Source: Camelus ferus (Eukaryota). Taken from it: a stretch of DNA of 64,000 bases. Below are positions 25,070 through 37,780 of the stretch, piece by piece; positions within the stretch are counted from its first letter, which is position 1, and every line of letters starts with the position of its first letter. The stretch lies in assembly GCF_009834535.1 (NCBI RefSeq), contig NC_045696.1, forward strand, positions 55,430,001-55,494,000. Reading direction: 5' to 3'. Position numbers and translations under genes: made by a program. The notes under the pieces were generated by a model. The model searched no databases, had not been told where the DNA came from, and saw only the letters and a program-made list of their open reading frames with translations.

Positions 25070-25470
25070 TGTCAAATACTCTTCTAAGCACTTCATATAA
25101 GCTTAGTAACAAACAAGACTGGGAGGTGATAGGATTATTAATCGTATTTTGACACCGAGGCCTAGAGATGCTAAAAAATATTCTGGGATGGAACTGGGAT
25201 TCAAATCAATGTCTGGTCTGACTCCAGGGCCTTTCTGAACAACTACCTCATACAGCCTCCTAGTAACAGTGAAAAGGGTGCAGGACTTGGGACTCAGGCA
25301 TGGCTACTTCCTCGTTGTGTAACTTTGGACACATAAACCCTTTGAGCCTTAGTCTTCCCAGATTTTTTAGAAAAAGGATAAAAAATATCTACCTCACAAG
25401 ATCACTCTGAAGAAGTGTACATTAAGTACCTGGCATAAAGGAAGTCCTTAATACATAGTAACTGAATCCA
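25070..25470. mobile_element. Two MIR SINE fragments
   Basis: ggaactgggattcaaatc...tctgactccaggg and gctacttcctcgttgtgtaactttggac...ctttgagcctt...acctcacaagat. Confidence 0.65.
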
Positions 25471-26460
25471 ATCTCAGGAAGATAACCCAAAGTAGCACTA
25501 AGCAGTAAGAAAAAAATGGAAGAAATCAAGTACATATTCACCTAGACTCACACGATTGTCCCAGTGGCATGAAACTTCTCAAGAAAATTATGGTCATATA
25601 ATTATTTTTGACTTTTACCTACAGCTGTAATTTTTTAATTATCAAGAGCTATACAAAGTTTAAGTTAAGAGACAACTTCTTTTGGTAGCTGTATTATTAC
25701 ATATTCATAACCTCCACTCCCCAAGTAAAAAGCTAAAAGACTGAATATGCTCCCATGACAGAGCAGGAGTGAAATTCAAAAATTAAACGTGAAGTAAAAA
25801 TATAAAAGAAACATGAGAAAACAAACAACTGGTGGGAAATAAAATGACAAATCTAAATGAAATCAAGCTCATGCAGGAAATAAGCAAGAAAAGAATGGGG
25901 AAGATAATGGGGATAGAAGGCCCTGTATTGTTGACAGTATCTGATCTACTGATTAATGTTATTTCTAAGCAGATTAACCAAATCCCAACTGTTCTACATC
26001 AGGTCCTTTCTCTAAGCTTCTCCCTCAGACTAGCAAACAAAGAATAAATAAAAATTTTAAACACACAAATGAAACGGAAGAAAAAGCCCACCCACACGAA
26101 ACAGAAATGTGCCGAGTTGATGTTTCACCCCGATGTTCCTGTTCTTTCCTTTCATTCTGTGCCTGTACTAAAATGATAAAGCCATAAAGCTGAAAAGTTA
26201 AAAAGGGGAGAATAAGCTCCTCTGAGGAATTCTCACAATATAGCATCAAGCCATCCTCCGTCACCAAGAGGTGATGTAGTGCTGGAGATCATCACATGAG
26301 TGGGAGGGCGTAAAGAAGCAGTGTGGGGAGATTGTCACTTTTGTTCCAGATGCAGGAAGAACTTTTAACCTTCTGCTGCTTCTCCTTATCATAACCTTCT
26401 CCATAGCAACCACAGAACTGCAGTGGCAAGAAATAGATGAGAGGATAAAAAATATATATA

Positions 26461-26470
<10 letters not shown>

Positions 26471-26500
<30 letters not shown>
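26471..26500 (+). repeat. (CA)n microsatellite
   Basis: CA repeat of about 15 units, preceded by a TA-rich stretch. Confidence 0.95.
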
Positions 26501-26503
<3 letters not shown>

Positions 26504-29500
26504 CCTACAAAACTGCAGAATTCAGTAATGGTTTTTGAAAATATTACACGTTCCTCTGTAATCTCATACTTCTGTGGAAGATCAACCAGGAAGAACCAGA
26601 ATTTAGCAAGCACAGTATACTTGCTACTTTTCTATAGCACTTATATTTGTAACATATATATAACACTTCACAACAGATTTAATCTCTAAGATGAGCCTAT
26701 TCAACTAAAAAAAAATCTTTTGCGGTTTAACAGATTTCCCAATGTTTGGTCCAGGAGAACAGGCATTTACCTCACCTACATTCCTAAATAAGAGTGTTAC
26801 TGCAGTAATGCAAAATAGTGACTCTGTGTCCACTGCACATTATACTGCTGGTGAAAAGTTTCAAACTAGAATAACTAGAACGGGTCACCCCCTGACAAGG
26901 GCTCTTATGCCAGGTAAATGCAAGAAAGGACTGTGGTCACTCTTTGGCAACCACGTGCCCTAGTTTGCAGTCGCTGTTCCCCTGTTTTGGCTTAACTTTG
27001 AGGTTCTGCTGCAGGGTTAACAAATGCACATAAAACAGGTTTCAGCATGAAGCCGTCCTGCAACCAGGCAGCTGTCAGGAGGCGTGATTTCCTCCTGACA
27101 GAAAAAGCAGGGCACCACCAGAGCCCCGCCTCATAGAAAGGGAAACGAGCTTCAAGTGCTGGCATTAGATGAATGAGTGTTACCTTCAGGACCTGCTCTT
27201 TGGGGAACAGACCATCCTGCAGACCTCCTCGTTGCTCCCGTTCCTACTCCCTGGGTGCCTGGGGACCATCTCAGAAGGGGCTAAGCACCAGTTAAAGCCC
27301 ACACTCGATTCCAGAAGGTGTCCCCTGTGGGGAACTGTGAGACGTTCACCAGGTTCTCTGGCTCAGCTCATATACTTACACCTGCTCATTTGAATGTCAC
27401 AGGAAGATACATTTCTATGCCTCCCTTTATTGAAATATAGGGAAAGGACAGGCAGTGAAGGGTTTGGACACAACAGGTTACGTGGAGGAGGAACAGGGAG
27501 AAAGTATTTTGATGACAGCGATATTATTAATAGTTTAATAGGAAAGAATATACTCAATTCCTTTTAGGAATGGGAAGGGAGCCGAGGCCAGAGCCGTGGT
27601 GTGTGCAGTGGGTGGAGGGGTGAAGGGGCACAGGCAGGGGGCTGGGGCCTGGGGAGCCCTGGGGAGCCAGGCTCCTCTTGCTCCCACCTTGGCCCGAAGG
27701 CTTATGTGAGCCCAGGCTGATCACATTTTACACTCAGTAATGCAGGCGGCAAACCAAATGCCAGGCACCAGTGTAAGTGGCAAACATGTAAGAGACATGG
27801 TTTCTACCCCCATGGAATATATAAGCCAGTGGAAATACAGCTGCTAACTGATTAAACACAACGGTGATAAACGTTATGCAGAAGATACGCACTTTAATTT
27901 CTCCTTTCTCAGGATGAGGTGCTTTTGGTTGTGAGGTCTGGTTATAAGTTGAGAGGCATTTCTCTAATAAACATGACTACTGGAACCACAGGCCCATGGA
28001 CAGTGCTGAGTCCTGAGGTCCAGGAAAAACAGCACAGACTGAGGCTGGCTAGTGGTCCATGGCTGACACACAAGGGCCCAGAGGTCTGTGGGCTCCCGCT
28101 TTGGTCCCCCAGCCCTTCCAGAGCTGCTTCAGGTTCAGAGAGGATTTCAGCTGAATTTTGATCAACCTGATCTTCAGAGGAAGCCCAGACAGGCTGGTGG
28201 AGGGATGTTTTCTTTGGCATGAGAAAAAATGATCGTGCACTGGAGACAGCAAGCAGGACAGAGAGAACTTTCCGCCCAGCTGCCACTTTTCTGCAAAAAT
28301 TTAGCTGCTCCCTGAGAGTAAAGCTTTGAGAGTGAAACTCACCCAGCTCCAATCTAGTCACAAAGAAACAAAATGCGTACCAGAAAATATGCACTTCCTC
28401 TGACTTCTCAGTTAAAGGGCTTTGAACATTGTAAAGCACTGTCAGATCTAATATAATGACTTATCCAACATTAATATGCTCCTTCCACATGATTTTTAAA
28501 GTTCTTCTCTCCTTTTCTCTCTTCCCAAAACACCTTCCAATTGGAGACTAGAAGCAGCAACAGCCCTAGACTCCGACTACTTTCCCTCGTACAGCACACA
28601 CCATCTTATACTCTGAACCCAAGAAGGTGCTCCCCCCAGCACCCTATGACCTAGATACCATTTCAATTCAATCCTTTCAGACAATTCCACGGCTATTCAA
28701 AGTAGTCCGTGGTTTTCCGATTCAGCCAGATGAAAAGAGACTCCTAGGGGTCAGAATGGCTTGTGACTAAATTAATTAACAACCATAGAAGAACCCATCT
28801 AACTATCTATACACATACACACACGCATATACATATAACCTGAGAATTTGGAGGAAAAAATCAGTTACCCAGGCTGGATACCAAAAAACAGTATTAATAA
28901 TACCACATGCAAAAAAGTAGCTGTTGAGTGGAAGGTGAGGCAAAGAACAAGACTGCCACATTATCAATAATTTTCAAAGGGTTAAACATTTTTCCCATGA
29001 CAAAAAAAAAAAAAAAGAGACATTGGAGGTCACAGGTCTGTCCCTCTCAACCCAGTTTCCTAACAAAAATATCTCCAATCATCTGCTTCCTTTACCCCAC
29101 TTCTCTCCTTGAAGCCACCTTCAAACAAAAAGGACACCCTCCCACCAATCCAGTGGCAGGCGGTACATTTAGTGCATTAGTTTTTAAATAAAAGAGTGGT
29201 CTACAAATAGTTCCTCAATTTTATTAAACTGAAGCTTAAAGAAAAAAAAGCATTTAAACTGTATGGATTGTTTCAATCTCATGTTATTTACTAGTTTCAT
29301 TTCCAAGTTGTATTTGGCTTACGGTATGCTGTGATCGCTATTTCTACCTACAGTGAGTTTTTCACTCCTGAAAGTATCAGTTACCCAAATCGTGTTCAGA
29401 AATCAAGTCAGTGACCAGATGGCATTTGCGATTCTTGCTCTCCTATTCTGCTTTCATTAAAAGTCTCTTTGAAAGTATTTATTTTGGATGGTTTGATGTG

Positions 29501-30465
29501 CCACCCTTAAGATTCCCTATAGAGTTTACAGATTCTTTCATTTTCATGTAAAAATAAAGGTTTAGGATAAATCCTAGGCCTCAGATGTCATTTTAATGTT
29601 TGGTTTTCTTATTTGAAGCTTTACAGAATGTTAAAAGTGGAGAAAGTGACCTTAAATATCATCTAATCCAATCCCTTTATTTCATAAATGAAAAACTTAC
29701 TCCACAACAGGGAAGTCACTGGTCTGAAATCACAGTTAGTGCTAGTCCTGAATTTCCAGCTGAGTGTTATTTCTACAGTATCAGATTTGCTGCACAAAAG
29801 ACAGAAACTCAAATACCCAGGAATAAATCTCAAGTATTTATGAATAAGAAGCTTGAAATGTACGCCTCTTTATCTTTTCCACTGTTATTTATTCCATTAC
29901 TCATTTGGACATTTACCAAACGATAGATGATGGAGAGAAAGAAAATGACTATGAAATCACTCCATTCTAATAATTTCTAGAAAACTTAGTTAAAGTTTTT
30001 AGATGAAAAGAGATTAAAATTATAGAGAAGTTTCAAATTGGTGATTTAAATAATTTCAATTATTTGTGTTTCATGTCTCCTTAACTTTTAATATATTAGA
30101 CCACAGTCCCCATGAAAACATCAATAAACATTCTCTAAATGAGAAAAATCAAACATTGGTATTAATGTCTCTGCATGAACTCAAACTAAATACAAGAGGT
30201 TTGAAAACTTACTGTTACAGGGAAAATACAAAAGATACTTGGCTACAATTAATGCCAAAACATTCCATTTATGATCATTGAATTACACTGTATAAAAAAT
30301 TCAGATAAATTTTTTAAAGTTAGTGAAATATTTTGAGAGTTGAACTAGATGAAAAGTGTAAAGCATAAAATATACAAATCATGTACCATAGTTTTATACA
30401 ACTGAATCTGGTAATATTAAATATAAGTTCTGCAGAAAACCTACAAGTAACTTAACAGCTATTTA

Positions 30466-30612
30466 AGTTTGGTGGGGTTTTTTGGGGGAGTAGAAGAGGG
30501 GAGGTAATTAGGTTTATTTTTTTTGTTTTTAATGGAGGGACTGTGGATTGAACCCCGGACCTTGTGCATGCTAAGCACACGTTTTACCACTGAGATATAC
30601 CCTCTCTCCCTC
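30466..30612 (-). mobile_element. tRNA-Ala-derived camelid-type SINE (Vic-1-like) with perfect 12-bp TSD
   Basis: Minus strand reads gggtatatctcagtggtaaaacgtgtgcttagcatgcacaaggtccggggttcaatccacagtccctccatt (Pol III A and B boxes) followed by an A-rich tail. TSD aacagctattta at 30454-30465 and 30613-30624. Confidence 0.85.
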
Positions 30613-30779
30613 AACAGCTATTTACTGAAATAAAAATGTGATTGTAGTAAAAACATCTGGTCTAGATTATGTAAATGAAGCTAAGTACAGTTAAAACATT
30701 AGCACCCCATTGGAGAAGGCTGATGATATTTCTTGAAATGGTTAGGATAAAGTTGCCACTATTAGTAAAAAGTATTTTA

Positions 30780-31245
30780 TAACTTCTACCACCAGCCATA
30801 AAAGACTCAACAGTATCAAACTCTCCCACCCACTGTATTTAAATAATTATAAAGCTGAGCAAAATACACAAAGCAAATGTTTTCAGAAGCTAGAAGAGAG
30901 GCACACAGGACTGTAAGGAGTTGAGCCCTATGATGGTCACAGCCTTCTGCCTCGAGGCACCTTCTAGACTTAAGTGTAGAGAAGTGGAATCAAAGCACAG
31001 CATAGCAGACTCACTAAGCTGAGAGGTAGACACTTACGTTCGGGGCTACTGAGGCGGATGGAATTTGTGGAGTAGGTCACCAGAAAGCAGGAGCTTTAAA
31101 AAGAACAGGCTCCAGATATCTACACAGAATTCCCCTGTAGCCTTTGGCTGAAGACTAAATTGAGCAGTCTTGATACAATAGGGTACGATTCTACGCAGTT
31201 CAGTAGAGAAGAGTTAGCAGGGAACTGAACACAGATATTGCAGGT
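30780..31245 (+). mobile_element. Probable old L1 5' region fragment
   Basis: aataattataaagctgagcaaaatacacaaagcaaatgttttcagaagc...aggactgt...gagccctatgatgg resembles old L1M 5' ends. The assignment is tentative. Confidence 0.45.
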
Positions 31246-31249
31246 TGAG

Positions 31250-33045
31250 ATACTGCAGGGGGTCATGGCTCAGGCCGATGAGAGCCTCTATTTCCAGATC
31301 TCAGTATCTAAAGGCAAACAGTGTGGAGCCCAGGAGGGCAGTTGATTGCATCAAAAGTCTAGGGACAACACGTGGCCATTATGAGTAGTCCAGAGACTCT
31401 AGGATGCATAAGAGGAGGTTGTTAAAGCCTCTGGACTAAGAGTCTTGGGGTGGGAGGAGGGGCACCAACGATAGTGCCATTGTATTGCGACTGGACAGAT
31501 TCTACAGCCTTTTGTTGTACGGAGCCCCATTTAAGACGAGCTGGTTTGCAAGTGACAGCATAAACTGGCTTAAGTAAAACTCATTAATGAAAAATACGTT
31601 GTCTCCAAAACCCAGAAAGACCTGAAAGATGTTGAGCCTATTTTAACATCTGTAGGTGCTGAAAGGGCCATTAGCTACTTCTTGACAGCGTCAAGAGATG
31701 GAGTGGCTCTCAGCTTATCAATTTTCAGGAATTTAACAAAGGTAGCAGGGCCCTGCACTATGTGTGGGGCAATGGCTCATGTCCTTTGTGAATATCAGTA
31801 TGTCCTGAATGAGTATGTCAAGTGGATCTCCCCGGAGGAGGATGTCACCAGGGTGATGTCACACTTGTGCTTCCGGAGAAAGCTGGATGTGGTTAAGATC
31901 TTACCCACAAAGACTGTGTGCAACAGTGGGACTACTGAGGGATCCCACAGACAGCTGGGCAGAATCTACTGTGTCCTTTCAAAGATGAAGGCAGACTGCA
32001 GCTGAGAGGCTGCTGAAACAGGCTCTGAACAGAACATATCAGCCAAATCTATGACTGCAAAGTACTACCAGTTGCTGATTAGATGGAGTCAGTAATTTAA
32101 ATAATACTGTGAATGGGGGCCTTCATGGGTATGATCACGCTCAAACGTTATGTAATCCACTGTGAGGCACTGGTCCTTTTCTCTGAGTTCAGGACAGGTC
32201 AGGTTCTGCTGTTAAATGGAGAAATTCCTTCTCTAAAAAGGTCATATATGGGCTTTAATTCTTGAAGACTCTATTTTCATTTACATCGGGCAGTATTAGC
32301 TATTTTAATCATAGAGTGGGGAAGAAGTCCAGGAAGTTCCATTTTTCCAAGCCAATTGTAAGTGCCAAAGATATAATTTAATTTAATGTATTAGTCATTG
32401 GGTCTGAGCATCCATGCTGACTACGAGATATTTTAGGGCAATAAATGCTATGACCATGGGGAATTCAGGCAAGGTTCTAATGGGTAAGGTGAGACATGCC
32501 AATTTGTTCTCCATTATATATTTGGTAATTTCTCTAAGAGCATAGGAGGAACCTTATTAAAATTTAGTAGGCTCCCCATGCATAGGGTTATTTTGTTTAC
32601 ATTTATTAGGATTCTGAGGTATAATTGTAATTTGAGTCCCCAAATCAATTAAGACACGAAATGAAAGTGCATTTCAGCAGATGTTAAAGTTAATTCAAAA
32701 CCTATGTTGTAGAGGTGCAAAAGCCAATCAGTGTCTTTTTCTCTTTTCATTATGTATATTCTTTTAGCTAATTTTGGATTTTCAATTGGCCCAAACTGTT
32801 CATCTCTGATTCAGATTTTTGTTTCCTTCCATATATCCAGGTATTAGTTTGTTGGATTTTTCAGTGGTTCCTAATACACTTCAGAGAGATCCTCTCTGCC
32901 CTGCTCATATTTTTAGTTTCTCCCACCAGAGGGCCTCAAATAAGTATAAGCCAGGGTTAGGGGCCTTCACCATGGCAATGATGAGCTAGGTTTGAATTAA
33001 CCCTTGGCTTTGCCATGGAGTGCCATGGGCGTTTTTCTCCAGAAC
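31250..33045 (-). mobile_element. Class III (ERVL-like) endogenous retrovirus pro-pol fossil, no LTRs seen
   Basis: Minus-strand motifs in retroviral order: protease VLIDLGTQITIIP (about 32655-32617); RT LTVDY (32166-32152); YFAVIDLADMFCS (about 32064-32026); SSPTVAHSLC; HPGDILL in place of YIDDILL (about 31855-31835); AIAPHIVQGPATFVKFL; AQHLSGLSGFWRQ (about 31637-31599). Stops and frameshifts are present. Confidence 0.88.
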
Positions 33046-34447
33046 CTTGAAATATTTGGGATGCAGCTAAGCTAGTGCTTAAAGGAAAATTTATAGCTTT
33101 AACTGTTTATATTAGAAAATGACATAATAAAGCTAATAAAACCTATAATAGTTGTTATTTTTATAATCAGGAACAAAATTAAAGAAAAATAAATGTTCTT
33201 TAAATTGATGGATCAGCTAGAAAAGAATATTTACAAAAATAAATAAATCCAACATTTATTGATGAGATAAAATTAGCAATAACTGATATTTTAATGTAAA
33301 ATTTTTGAAAGACAACAGACATAAAGAAAAAGGCACACATCTCAAATATATGCCTCTGCATACTTCACCTCTTGGAGAAGGGATACACTCACTTTAATGT
33401 GAATGTAATATCTGACATTAATTCACCAATAAAAATTGGTATGTATGTTCTAGTCTTCAATAAATTAGAAGAATAAATTAGATTAGGTTGGGAGGTAAGG
33501 GGACAGTTACAAATGCAAAAGCTTAATAAAGAGAGAAAACACAAAGAATTTCCCTATATTTACTGAGTTAGGAATGGACATGCAGATTTGTTCTGGGAAA
33601 ATAGGTAATTCCCTGACGCATAATATTTGATGCAACCAGCTCTTCCTAAAGAAACCATAGCACATATGCACACTCCCTCTGTGCTCTCTGCTTTCTCTAT
33701 ATAAGTAGTAACACGTGGGCTGTATCATGAATGGCAACAGAAATATAATCCCATACACTAAACTGAACAGCTCCAAGGAATCTGATTTGTTACATCACCC
33801 CACCACCAGTTTAAGCTTCCTCCAGTTGTTTTAACATAGCGAGAATTCCTCAAATCACCACTGCATGATTAAAAATGTGCTATTTCCCATTATACATGAA
33901 AAAGCATTATTGTAGCAATAGCAATACTGATTGCCAACATGAGACAGAGCATTAATAAGACACAGCAAAAAATTTCTAACACAACACACATTTTATATAT
34001 TTTATAGAGTATATTTAAAGTTTCTCACTTATGCATTTTTCTTAGTGGGTGGAAATACACACACATGCAAACACATATAAACTCCAACTCAACTTTTTCA
34101 TTTATCCCCGGAAAGGCATGAATAATGTATCCTTTGAAGTTCAATGGGGAAAATAACACTTCCCGTTTCTCTACCCTATTGAATTTTCTCCTCAAACGAG
34201 ATTCACCTAGTGCCAGAAGCCTACAGTCACCAAACAAAGAGCTTTCTTAAAAACATTTCAAAAACAAACTTTTAAACTGCTGCTAGGGAGTGGATTAACA
34301 GCTATAAAGTAAAATCAAGCAGAAAATAATTCCTCTCAATCCAATACTACTGTATACTACTGCTCTAGTGCCTTCAGCCTGGACATTTCTCTTGGACATA
34401 CATATAAGCTGGTAGACGGTAACGAGTGAATATTTTTATAAACCATT

Positions 34448-34632
34448 AGATCAGCTCTATGCAATGGAACTTTCTGTAATGAAAATATTCTATATATGCA
34501 TTATTCAACAGGTTAGCTACTAGCCATGTGTGACTACTGAGCACTTGAATTGTAGCCAGTGTGACTGAGGAACTGAATTTTAATTTTAATAATTTAAATA
34601 TCCACATGTGTTTAATGGACTGCATAGTTTCA
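34448..34632. mobile_element. MER3-like hAT-Charlie DNA transposon
   Basis: caatggaactttctg...ctactagccatgtgtgactactgagcacttgaattgtagccagtgtgactgaggaactgaatttt matches MER3. Confidence 0.85.
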
Positions 34633-34843
34633 GATTCTTAGTCTTTTTATAGAGCTAAACTATTCATTATGCATGTTTGCTCCACACCAGAGTTTGCAAA
34701 CTGATGATCCATGGACCAAATTTGGCTGACAGATGAGTTTGGTTTAGTGATCCCAGAATTTTTTGCTTTTAGTCTAAATTAAATACTTCTAGACAGGGTG
34801 CTCCCCAGTTGACCACCATAGCTAACATTTCTTGATCCTCCTA

Positions 34844-34844
<1 letters not shown>

Positions 34845-34882
<38 letters not shown>
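34845..34882 (+). repeat. (CA)n microsatellite
   Basis: AC repeat of about 17 units with an interruption near the end. Confidence 0.95.
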
Positions 34883-35019
34883 AGAATCATGTGACTTTGC
34901 TACACATTTGCATAATGTGGTGGTATTACTTTACAGATTCTTTTTCACAAATCATCACACATTTACATATTAGTAAGCCTCAAGTGATAATTTCTTTTTA
35001 AAATAATACTAGTTCTGAT

Positions 35020-35260
35020 ACTGTCTAGCCCTTTAATGGGCACTTACTGTATGCTAATAAGAACCATTCTATGTTTTTCATACATAGTAGCTCATTCTTT
35101 ACAACCTTTATATAAGTACTACTATTATATACTATAATCCTTTATTTTACAGATAAGAAAAGGGAGACATAGAGGGATTGAGTGATTTGCCAAATTACTG
35201 TAAATAAATGACAGAGCTAAAATTTGAATACAGTAAGTCTGCTTCCAGAGTCTATGCATG
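35020..35260. mobile_element. MIR SINE
   Basis: gcacttactgtatgcta, tattttacagataagaaaagggagacatagagg, gatttgccaaa and tctgcttccagagtc. Confidence 0.7.
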
Positions 35261-35271
35261 CTCCTTTTTAT

Positions 35272-35418
35272 TTTAAACATTTTTTATTGCGTTATAGTCA
35301 TTTTACAATGCTGTGTCAAATTCCTGTGTAGAGCACAATTTTTCAGTTATACATGAACATACATGCATTCATTGTCGCATTTTTTTTCACTGTGAGCTAC
35401 CACAAGATCTTGTATATA
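35272..35418 (-). mobile_element. 5'-truncated lineage-specific L1 3' end
   Basis: Reverse complement ...ataactgaaaaattgtgctctacacaggaatttgacacagcattgtaaaatgactataacgcaataaaaaaatgttt is clearly homologous to 5323-5459. Confidence 0.8.
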
Positions 35419-37138
35419 TCTTAACCACACATTCTCCATTCCTCACAAGAGAACCGGTTTCCTCCAATCATCACTTATTTTACAAGCAATATATTTCAAA
35501 CATGATTTTTCAGTGCAATTACTAGTCACCCTTGTTTTGCAGAGTAACAGTAATTTCTGCTTTGAAACAGCAGTCAACTGCTAGGAGAGGCTTCAGAGGA
35601 AAGTGCTTGGCTACAGGCTACAATAAAGGGACCACTGGTTTTGGTACCACCTTGAGCAGGGGTCAAGAAACCAGCATACCTTTCATTACTTCCAAGGAAG
35701 GACATCACCCTCCAAATTTCCTTATCTTTCATACTTTCTCCGGGCTACTGAGCCTGTTACATATTTCAATTTGATTAGGAAACCAATAGCAAAATGAGCG
35801 AGATTTGCAGGGGCTGCACAGCGCTCCGAACATCCAAGGTACTAAAATCCAAAAGTGGAAATTCAAAAGTAAAAGGAAATCACAAATTTAACACTGCTTA
35901 TTCTACAATCATTTGCAAATCACCCCTCTTCTTGTATTTCTCAGAATCACAAATATTTCTGCAAAGTTCTCTGTAACATTTCATAAGAAATGGGACTTAA
36001 AAAATTCAAAGCCATAAGGAAAGATTAAAGTTCACAATTTGCTTTGTCAATGACGAAGACCACTGTTTCATAAAAGAAGAAGAGAAATACATCAAAGTTG
36101 ACAAGTGTGGCAGTGAACCAGAATCCAGAAACTATCATAATTAACATCACTGTGACCACTATTCATGCTTTAGAAAGAAAAGCAAGGGGGAACGTAGGCA
36201 TATTTCGTGTCTAAACTTGGTAGTTTAATTTTTGCCTTCCCTTACTTTGTTACAGTGTACTTAGAGATGACTTACATGAGAGTCAAGGAATCTTGTAGGA
36301 ACCACTACATTGGTCTCCAACTTGCCCCAATCAGTGAAGAAAACAAGGACAATGTTATAAGCAGCAAGACAAGGAACACTTACTACAAAGGGAGACATGC
36401 ATACTCACTACAGTAACATCAAGAAATATAAACATGTGACAGCCATGATTGCTTCTGCCATTGGAATGATCCAAAATGAAGAACACTAGGTTTAAGTACA
36501 GTGAGTAAAAAGCTGAGTTAATGACAAGGTGAGCTGGTGACCTGTAGGATTAATAAGTATATTTTATAACAGGTATTCCTCAACACTTAACTACCAGAAA
36601 GGCATTATTACAATAAGAAAATGAAACAGAACAGGTATTTATTAAGGGGTAAGCTTTGTCCTTAGCATGGAGTTAAGCACTGTGAGCAACACAAAAGCAC
36701 CAAATGAGATTCTTTACATAATAGAAGTCATCATCCCACTTCATATGTTTCGAGTGCTATCTCTCTTCCTTCCTCCCAGCAATAATTTTACTCCTGCTGA
36801 ATGCTGTGGATTACAGAGGCACCTGCAAAATATGTGTGGGGGAGAGAAGACTGTTTTACTAATAAAGTTGGACACACCAGACTTCACTAGATGTTAAAGA
36901 CTATACTTAAAATAGAGGTGATGTCTGGAGTAGGCAAGAAGTGCAATTAAGCTATCTGGCCTCAAAAATGCATAGAAGATTTTTCTTTAAACAGGGAGTC
37001 AATTTTGATGTTCCCTATCATGAATTGTAGGCCACAGGAATCTGCTTAGAGAAGATCCAAGCCCCTAAGTAAGATGTCTGACTCAGACCATATATGCGAC
37101 TGGAGGTCAGAAAAGAAGAACTTAAAAAGGAAAGTCTG

Positions 37139-37780
37139 TTCTCCACAGTGGCTGCACGAATTTACATTCCCACCAACAGTGTAGGAAGGTTCCCTCTTCT
37201 CCACACCCTCTCCAGCATTTATTATTTGTAGACTTTTTGATGATGGCCATTCTGACTGGTGTGAGGTGATACCTTATTGTAGTTTCAATTTGCATTTCTC
37301 TAACAATTAGTGATGTTGATCACCTTTTCATATGCCTGTTGGTCATCTGTATGTCTTCTTTGGAGACATGTATGTTTAGGTCTTCTGACCATTTTTGATT
37401 AGGTTATTTGTTCCTTCAATATTGAGCTAGTTGTATATTTTGGTATTAACCCCTTGTCCGCTGCATTGTTTGCAAATATTTTCTCCCATTCAGTAAGTTG
37501 TCCTTTCGTTACGTTGATGGTTTCCTTTCCTGGGAAAAAGCTTTTAGGTTTGATTAGGCCCCATTTGTTTATTTTTGCTTTTATTTCTTTTATCTTGGGA
37601 GACTGATCTAAGTAAATATTGCTATGATTTATGTCCAGAAAAAAAATATATATATGTATGTATATATATATATAACTGAATCATTTTGCTATACACCTGA
37701 AAATAACACAATATTGTACATCAGCTATACTTCAATTTTTAAAATATTTTTAGATTTATATGTAACAAAAATCTTTTTAA
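37139..37780. mobile_element. L1 with 5' inversion (twin-priming structure)
   Basis: Minus-strand L1 ORF2 segment from 37139 to about 37636 is joined to a plus-strand L1 3' terminus (ataactgaatcattttgctatacacctgaaaataacacaatattgtacatcagctatacttcaat). Candidate TSD aaaaggaaagtctg / aaaaagaaagactg. Confidence 0.8.

Noticed and set aside
27942..28439. 165-aa minus-strand ORF, the longest outside repeats
   Set aside because: It has a non-ATG start, no recognisable domain and no convincing splice context. The length is compatible with chance in 64 kb.
31250..33045. Domesticated or intact retroviral pol gene
   Set aside because: The catalytic motifs are mutated (DLG, HPGD), and multiple stops and frameshifts leave no long ORF.
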